A stretch of 64,000 bases of DNA. Source: Nitrospirota bacterium. GTDB lineage: Bacteria > Nitrospirota > Nitrospiria > Nitrospirales > NS-4. The stretch is from assembly GCA_963788195.1 (NCBI GenBank), contig CAWBGA010000017.1:736001-800000 (forward strand), given 5' to 3'. The first letter of the stretch is position 1. Every line of letters starts with the position of its first letter. The position numbers and the translations under genes were made by a program. Of the stretch, positions 56,782 through 64,000 are shown in pieces. Below the pieces are notes generated by a model. It made no database searches, had not been told where the DNA came from, and was given only the letters and a program-made list of their open reading frames with translations.

Positions 56782-59143
56782 ATGGACACCCCAAAGAACA
56801 GCACAATGAAATCCCCCGGCAGACGTACGGTTTTACTTTTATCCGTCATTGTGATTGCAGTAGCCGCAAGTCTTGGAACCTTTCGCGTGCTTTCGAAAAG
56901 CCAGGAACAGCCGACCGAGCATCACCATCTTGTTTCCCCAAGCGCGGTCCGCCCCAATGCGAGCCTATTGGAAGCCGCGGAGGCCGCGAACTATGATGTG
57001 AAGGACCTTTATGAGCAGGTCGTGCGCCAATGCCCGGCGAGCGAACTTCCATGCTTCCAGAAGGTCTTACTTGGGATCACGGAAAAGAATGGCCCGCGGG
57101 CGTCTTTTGACGTCTTGCACAGACTCCAGGACCAGAAGCTGGTCAGCTTAGCCGCCGACGATCATCATTTCGCCCATGAGATCGGGCAAAAAACCGCCGA
57201 GCGGTTCGGTATTAACGGTCGTGCTTTTCTCCTGTGCCCGACATTCTTTAATTACGGCTGCCAGCATGGGTTTTTTCAATATGCGCTTGGCCAGACAAAG
57301 GCCACGGACAGCGCCGCACGTTTGATTTGCGGCTCGCTCGATCAATCGTATTCCCTGAAATTCATCTTCTATTGCTATCACGGCGTCGGGCACGGCGTTC
57401 TCATGGCACAGAACTACGATTTGGCTAAAGCCCTAGCCGCGTGCGATACGCTGGAAACCCACAACGGACAGGACGGCTGCTGGCAAGGCGTATTTATGGA
57501 AAATGTAAACGCCAGCCTGAAAGGCAGCACGCTGCGACAGGGTTTTTCACGGACCGATCCACTCGCGCCCTGCAATGTCGTCGCAGAGAAATACCGGCAA
57601 GAATGTTTCATCAACCATGCCGGCTGGCTGATGAAGTTTTTCGAAAACAATGTCACAAAAGCCGCCGACGCCTGCCTGAAGGCTCCGGATCCATACGTGT
57701 CGGCGTGCCTGCAAAGCATCGGTCTTATGGTGACCAATCCTGCCTGGCAGCCCTCGCTGGCAGATCATACCGATGGGAAAAAGCCTCGAGATCATTGCAT
57801 GGGACCTATGCCGGAGATTTCCTCGAGACCATCGAGAATCCTGCGTAATCGGCGCAATTGACAACATTTTGAATTTCGACGAAGTCGAAGTCTCACGGGC
57901 CAAAACGTTTTGCAATACGGTGGATTCCGCCTATCGAAAGATCTGCTATCAGCGCGTTGGATTTGCCTTGAGGAACCAGGCTACCGACACTGAGGTGGTT
58001 CGGGGAAAGTGCGTGACGTTAGAGGGCGCAGACGCGGCGGCATGTTTTCAAGGGGCCGGCCAGGAGATGCCATCGAGCACCGCGGCCACCGCGCCGAAAC
58101 ATCCAATTCACGGAAGTGCAAGCCTAAGGGCCGCTGAAGCCCCGCAGACAGACGGAGATGATATTTTCAAGAACGATGAGGCCCTCTATGCGTACGTAAG
58201 ACGTCATGGGCTACTGCAGACAGTTACCCGCTTACACACCCTTGGATTGGCAGGCGGCGACTGTCATGTGCCGGCCCATAAGGCCGGCCGGTTTGCATAC
58301 AGTATCTTTTCTATGAAAGTGTTCAGCTCCATTCCCGGCGAATGTCATGCCGGCGGCTTTCACGGGGCCGTGGAAGCCTACTTCAAGGAACGCGGCACAA
58401 CGCATCTCGCGGACGACGTGAAGGTCATCTGCCGGTCTGAGTTGAACCACTTTTACAGTCACCAATGCGTGCACGGGATCGGGCATGGCCTGATGGCCGC
58501 CGCCAACCACGAACTCCCCGAAGCGTTGGAAAAGTGCAACGCGCTCAACAAAAAGATGCACGACTCCTGCTGGTCGGGCGTGTTCATGGAAAACATCGTC
58601 GGCGGGCTCGGCGGTCATGAGGGGCATGGCGCACACACGACGAAATATTTGAATGACGATCCGCACTATCCCTGCACTATGGTTGCTGAAAAATATAAAT
58701 CGGCGTGTTATTTTTACCAACCCAGCCGCATGATGCAATTGTTCGCGGCTGATTTTCGACGCGTCGGATTAGCGTGCGCGAACGCCCCGGCACAGTTCCA
58801 GGATTCCTGCTTCCAAAGCATGGGGCGGGAAGTGGGGGGTGTGCATAGAGGCCGGGTGGCCGGCGCGATTCAGTCCTGTACTCACGCCCCAAAAGATGCG
58901 CCTCGAATCAATTGCTTGATCGGGGCCGTGCAAAACAGCTTTTGGGACCCCTCCGGACAAGAACCTGCTCTTACGTTTTGCGCACTCCTGAATGCCAAGG
59001 CGGAAAAAGACGCGTGTTACGAAACGATTTTCAGCCGCGCGCCGCAGATTCTTCCAACCATGCGGGAGATGCAAGACTTCTGCGCGAAAGCTGAAGCTCC
59101 CTATCGAACGTCCTGCCTGAAAAAGAGAACGGTCTTCAGTTAG
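56782..59143 (+). CDS. Membrane-anchored/exported His- and Cys-rich repeat protein (two domain copies); indel near 57780
   Basis: N-terminal TM; two copies of HxxAH..G / HG / CxHGxGHG / CWxGVFMEN / P..PC; ORFs 56719-57861 and 57773-59143 join at an A-run. Confidence 0.8.
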
Positions 59144-59362
59144 GGTCGGCTCGCCTCGCGTCCTCAGGATTAATTCCCCATTCCCGCCAGGGACGGAAAG
59201 CGCAAAACTAGAGGTCTGTTGGCTGTTAATCATCAGGTTTGAACCGTAATTATAGCTAGGTAATTTATCTATGATGGTCGCTACTGAAGTGTTAGACTTC
59301 CCTATAGGCTCTTCGCGTCTTGCGCTGTCCCGCGAGGGCCTCTCGGTAAGCCAGGCAGTTCA

Positions 59363-60862
59363 ATGAAATTCTCCTTCAAGCGCCCAGTTTTAATTGTTGC
59401 GATCGTGGGAGTTCCTTACTCGGCACTCTCATAATCTTTGCGGTGATTTTCAAAAGCCCGCAGCCTTCAGCACTGTCCCCCGTGAATGAGCATGCTGTTT
59501 CGACGGCCAGCGCCGGGAACAACGGCACGAAGACACCCGAGGCCATCGCATGGGATCTGTGCCTCCAATTTCCCCGGGGTCACCGTGACCAATGCGTATT
59601 CGGCGCCATTGACAACATTTTGAATTCTGACGAAGTGGAGGTCGCACGGGCCAAAAGTTTTGCATACGGTGGATTCCGCCTATCGAAAGGTTTGCTATCA
59701 CCGTATTGGATATGCGTTGAGGACCCATGCCACCGACCCTCGGTGGTTCTGGGAAAATGCGTGACTTTAGAGGGCGCAACCGCGCAGCGTGTTTTCAAGG
59801 GGCCGGCAGGAGATGCCATCCAGCACTGCGGCCACTACAGCGAAACGTCCAATTCAAGGAAGCGCAAGCGTACGGCCGCTGAAGCCCCGCAGAGAGACGG
59901 AGAAGATATATTCAAGAACGATGAGGCACTCAATGCGTACGTGAGACGTCACGGTCTACAACAGACAGTTACCCGCTTGCACACCCTTGGATTGGCAGGC
60001 GGCGACTGCCATGAGCCGGCCCATAAGGCCGGGCGGTTCGCTTATGAAATCTCGCCATGGAAGCATTCCGATCTCTGCCCCGCGAATGTCATGCGGCGGC
60101 TTCCACGGAGCGGTTGAAGCCATTTCAAAGAGCGCGGGACCGCGCAGCTTGCCGACGATGTGGGTCATCTGCCGGGCAGAACTGAACGCTTATAACAGTG
60201 AACAATGCGGGCACGGGATCGGCCACGGCCTCATGGCCGCCACGAATTACGAACTGCCTGTCGCGTTAGAACAGTGCAATGAACTCACCGACGAGATGCA
60301 CGACTCCTGCTGGTCTGGGGTGTTCATGGAAAACATCCTGGGCTATCGTGACGGTCATATCCCGCATACCACGAAGTACGTGAATGATGATCCGCAGTAT
60401 CCGTGTACCATTGTTGCCGACATATACAAAAAGGAGTGTTATCTTTACAACCGGCCCGTATGATGCAGTTATTCGCCGGCGATTTTCGCCGGGTCGCTGC
60501 CTCCTGCGCAAACCGCTGCTGTGAATATCAAGACAGGTGTTTTGAAGGCATGGGGCGGGGAGCGAGCGGGGCATCTAAGGGCAAGCCCAACGTGACGATT
60601 CAGTCATGTCGCCAAGCACGGACGGGGAGCCGCGGGTGCGCTGCTTGATAGGGGCAGTGAAAAAAAGTTTTTGGGACCCGGCCGAGCAGGACACGCGCTT
60701 ACGTTTTGCACACTCCTGAAAGCCAAGGCGGAAAAAGACGCGTGTTACGAAACGATTTTCATCGGCGCGCCGGAGATTCTCTCCAGGGGGGAGATTCAAT
60801 CTTTTGTGCGAAAGCGGAGGCCCGCTATCGACGTTCCTGCTTAAAAAAGAGAACGGTATTTA
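59363..60862 (+). CDS. Truncated paralogue of the preceding protein (one domain copy); many indels, possibly a pseudogene
   Basis: New hydrophobic N-terminus, then sequence visibly near-identical to 57790-59140 (AWDLC..., CHEPAHKAG, CGHGIGHG, CWSGVFMEN, CLKKRTVF). Confidence 0.7.
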
Positions 60863-62226
60863 ACTTCCCCATTCGCGCCAGCTTCCGGACAGCGGGAAGA
60901 CTGTCGGAAGTCCGTGAAAGAACCCACGGCCCATGTCATAGTTGTACCAACTTTCCACGAGCCCTCCGCCAGTCAGTCCCTGTTCAGCCACCAGTGAACC
61001 GAAGATCCGCACTTGTTTGTCCGTAGAGACAGTACCCGCGGCATGGAGAACTCCCTGAACATTGACAGTCGAAATACGCACCGGGACACGGGAGCCTGGA
61101 TTGCTTGTCCCATCCGATGGCGGGGACAAAGCCGAAATCGTTTTGCCATCACCTTGAGGATTCAGCACGATATGCGCATTCACAAAGAATACGCCTTCCA
61201 TGTAGGGGGAATTCACGACGAGCGTCGGCAGGTTATCCGATGAGGGAGGCGCGGTATCCAGTGTGTCGACAAAGATCAATCCGGAGGGGAGTCCGTTATT
61301 GCCGAAGACCTCATCCGGTGTTTGAGCCATCGCGGGATCCATGACGCCATCCCGATAGAGTCGCCCTGAATGATCAGGGACATAGTACGACCCCGATTTT
61401 ATTGCCAGGTCTTTAAATTTTTGATACCGCCACGGGTCGATAGGCAAGCCCAGGGATCGGGTCCTGATGTGCATGGACATTGGAAGGAGGGCCTGACTCA
61501 ACATCGTCAAACTGCGCGACCCCGCCGACGTAGACTTCCAGCCATCTGTCCTCCAGAAGGGTACCCGCTTCACCATACCCGACCCCTGTCACCGCTGCGC
61601 GGGCGGATCTTCTTGGAGTTTGATCGCTTCGGCCCAAGGATATGTCGCCGGTGATCCTGATCGGGCCCCAGTGTGCCATCACACGGGGTGTTGTCTCCCC
61701 GATTATCCGAGGCCGTCCTCCCAGTTGAACAGCAGCCCCCAACGGGGCGATATTCGTGGCGCCCAATTCCAGGGACACGGACCGGCGCACACCACCTACG
61801 GCTTTAGACGTCACTTCAACGGCGCAGAGTCCCTCCGGGCGTCTAGATGCATATACGATGATTCGTTCAATCCGTCCGATTTCGCCCAGAGTCTCGAAAG
61901 ACTCCGACGGAAGCATCATGCAGGAACCTATCATTCTCAGCGAGAACGGCATCATAGGAAACATCCGGCTTGGCGGCTGTGCCGGTAAAGGCTGGTAGAC
62001 TGACGCCTTCGTAACCGGGAAGCTGCCCATGATTCAACCAGGCAACGACCTGTTCCACCCCACTCTCCGCCAGCAGACGAGCAGAAGATTCCTTGATCTG
62101 ACGCCCGGCGCCTTCGGTTTCTGTCATTGCAAAGTTAATGGCCACCCCTCCTAATAGCGAAAGAAGCAATGCCAAGAGAAGTGTCGTAAGCAGTACCGCC
62201 CCTTTTTCAGTCCACCGGCTGCTCAT
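60860..62226 (-). CDS. Large PilX-like protein of the second pilin cluster; indels
   Basis: EKG|AVLLTTLLLALLL, LAESGVEQ; beta-rich C-terminus ending SWREWGS*. Confidence 0.75.
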
Positions 62227-62971
62227 AATGCCCTCACTCCCATATCCTGGCGGTAGGTTCGAACAGATTCGTCCCCCGCGTCCATTAACTCCGCTCGTTC
62301 GAATCTGCAGATGCACCAGACGAACGTCTTCCTTTCGATCAGCCGATCTCCCGTCGCCTCTGAGAAACGATAAGGAGAACTCTTCGACGTGCTCGATGAG
62401 GGGATTCGCTCCATGATCCACCTCACGCATTAACTTGTGATTGCCTCGATAACGTTTTGCTTAAGTAATAACGGATCTCATTGATCACCTCCGCCTGGCT
62501 GCCGGCAGGAAAATCATGAAGGATGGGGTCCGACAATGTCAGATGCCCTGCTGTGCCATCGCGGGCGAGAAGGTGCTCTTCGCATGTCAAAGCGCTGCAA
62601 AAGCGAACTGTTTTGCCGCGCCTCCAACCTTGGCTTGAGGTCACGTGCACAGAAGTCTGCCCCTGAGGGACGTGATCCAATACGGTCCCCCGCACAGCAT
62701 TAACGTTCGCCCTGAACCCCACTCCATCCGCTTGCATCGAAGTAATAGGAGCAGCAAGTCGTAACTCGGCGCCCATCAGATTAACACCGGCGCGCAGGTC
62801 TTGCTGCATTTCGGTTTTCCCAGCCTCAGCGAGAAAATATCCGTGGTGAAGAACAAACGCTTGGAGTGCCGCAGAGGTAATGATTAGGCCCAACGCCGCG
62901 GCAATCATTGTCTCCAAGAGCGATGATCCGTGTTCAGCGTTGCCTTTCGACCGAGACAGCCACGGGTTCAT
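62223..62971 (-). CDS. PilW-like minor pilin (second cluster); indel near 62430
   Basis: HG|SSLLETMIAAALG, MQQDLRAGVNLMGAELRLA, MREVD.GANPLIEHV. Confidence 0.8.
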
Positions 62972-63429
62972 AATGATCCTCCGCTGTACACAGGGTTGGC
63001 ACGACGAAGACCAAATCGAACCGTTCGAGGGCGACCGTCGGGGTCCTTCCAGTCGGCTGTCACTTTGATCGTCGCCGCCCTTGACCGGACCAACTGCGGC
63101 TGATCAAGAATCAATGTGTAGGTCAGCAGAATGTGCTGGATTGTCTGCTGTCCTAAAAACACGCCTGCATCTTTTTCTTCGAATACCAGATCTGCCGTTC
63201 CGTCGCCGTCAAAATCAGGAGCACTTAACGACTGATACGGTACCGATCGCAACACTTCGATTCTGCTTTCAACTAACGCCGTCATAGCTAAGCTTTTGGC
63301 GGCAGCCGCTGTGCTTTTTTCAGTTACGGCGAACATTCCAAAGCTTCCAGTCAAGACAATTGAAAGGATGGACATGGAGACAAGTACCTCCGCCAGCGTG
63401 CAGCCGTGATCCTCCTTCCAGCTCCTCAT
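62968..63429 (-). CDS. PilV-like minor pilin (second cluster)
   Basis: HG|CTLAEVLVSMSIL; DFDGDG Ca-binding-like loop; IKVTADW. Confidence 0.8.
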   Translation of the reverse strand: MRSWKEDHGCTLAEVLVSMSILSIVLTGSFGMFAVTEKSTAAAAKSLAMTALVESRIEVLRSVPYQSLSAPDFDGDGTADLVFEEKDAGVFLGQQTIQHILLTYTLILDQPQLVRSRAATIKVTADWKDPDGRPRTVRFGLRRANPVYSGGSL

Positions 63430-63884
63430 CGGGCACGCACGATGCCGGTCAGGCTGACGGTGACGACCCGGCGATCGCCATTGCGCCCTTCTAAGGTCAA
63501 GGTCGTAGGCGTGGCGCTCGTCCCGTATGGGCTGAACGATAAGGATGCTCCGCCGGTTGAATGCATGACGCGCACACTCCGTTGACTCAAAAAACGCGGA
63601 GCTTGCACGGGCTTCGTGGAATCGCCATTACGCAGGAGCGTGACAGTAATCTGACCTGTATCGAGCGAGACTTCGATAGGTTGTCGTTCCTCCATAGCAA
63701 GAATCCTCGCATAACGAAGATCTCCTACGACTTCTGAGGTTGCGGCTTGGAGGTTTACATGATCTACCATGCCCTGAAGTCCCGAGGCCATAAGCCCCAA
63801 TAACAGTCCCGCAACTGCAACCGAGACCATCAGCTCGGTAATCGTGGTGCCTGTTTCACCGATCTTTGTTATCCGCTTTGACAT
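63426..63884 (-). CDS. FimT/GspH-like minor pilin (second cluster)
   Basis: TG|TTITELMVSVAV, DLRYARILAM, FSPYG, VTVSLTG. Confidence 0.82.
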   Translation of the reverse strand: MSKRITKIGETGTTITELMVSVAVAGLLLGLMASGLQGMVDHVNLQAATSEVVGDLRYARILAMEERQPIEVSLDTGQITVTLLRNGDSTKPVQAPRFLSQRSVRVMHSTGGASLSFSPYGTSATPTTLTLEGRNGDRRVVTVSLTGIVRAR

Positions 63885-64000
63885 CGTTGCTTCTCCTTCT
63901 CGCTGCACTGTGGATGATGACAGCAATGTCAATATTTGTGCCTTCCTGTCAAAGGATCGTACCTACAGCATCAGCATGGCCTGCGCTGAGCTCGAGCTGT

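Noticed and set aside
56782..60862. Multihaem cytochrome call for the His/Cys proteins
   Set aside because: No CxxCH motifs; only CH and CxH patterns.

Overview
Bacterial chromosomal window, most consistent with a Nitrospirota (Nitrospira-like) nitrite oxidiser. This is inferred from gene content: Pup, a K+-independent H+-PPase, two EB_dh/NXR-gamma-like haem b proteins beside a TorD chaperone, and an alginate-export-type porin. Layout: (i) 0.1-3.7 kb, orphan pup and hppA bracketed by REP-like inverted repeats. (ii) 3.7-33 kb, a mostly minus-strand molybdoenzyme (probably NXR) maturation and electron-transfer island with two pentahaem and one hexahaem cytochromes c, two gamma-subunit candidates, TorD chaperone, TatA/TatC, MogA/MoeA/MobB, ApbC, NapF-like ferredoxin, B12 radical SAM, an HExxH/Zn-ribbon protein, TPR/NHL/WD40 proteins, a sigma-54 two-component system, DegP and a porin. 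No catalytic alpha/beta subunit genes are in the window. (iii) 35-46 kb, envelope/lipid A modification genes, peptidases, ftsY-ybeY-phoH. (iv) 46-64 kb, two type IV pilus minor-pilin clusters, one with a PilV-like pilin ending in about 130 prolines. They are separated by a tandemly duplicated, opposite-strand, exported His/Cys-repeat protein of unknown function. Many genes, including essential ftsY, carry single-base indels, most likely long-read consensus errors, so split ORFs are merged and their coordinates are approximate. No rRNA, tRNA, CRISPR array or transposase was recognised.
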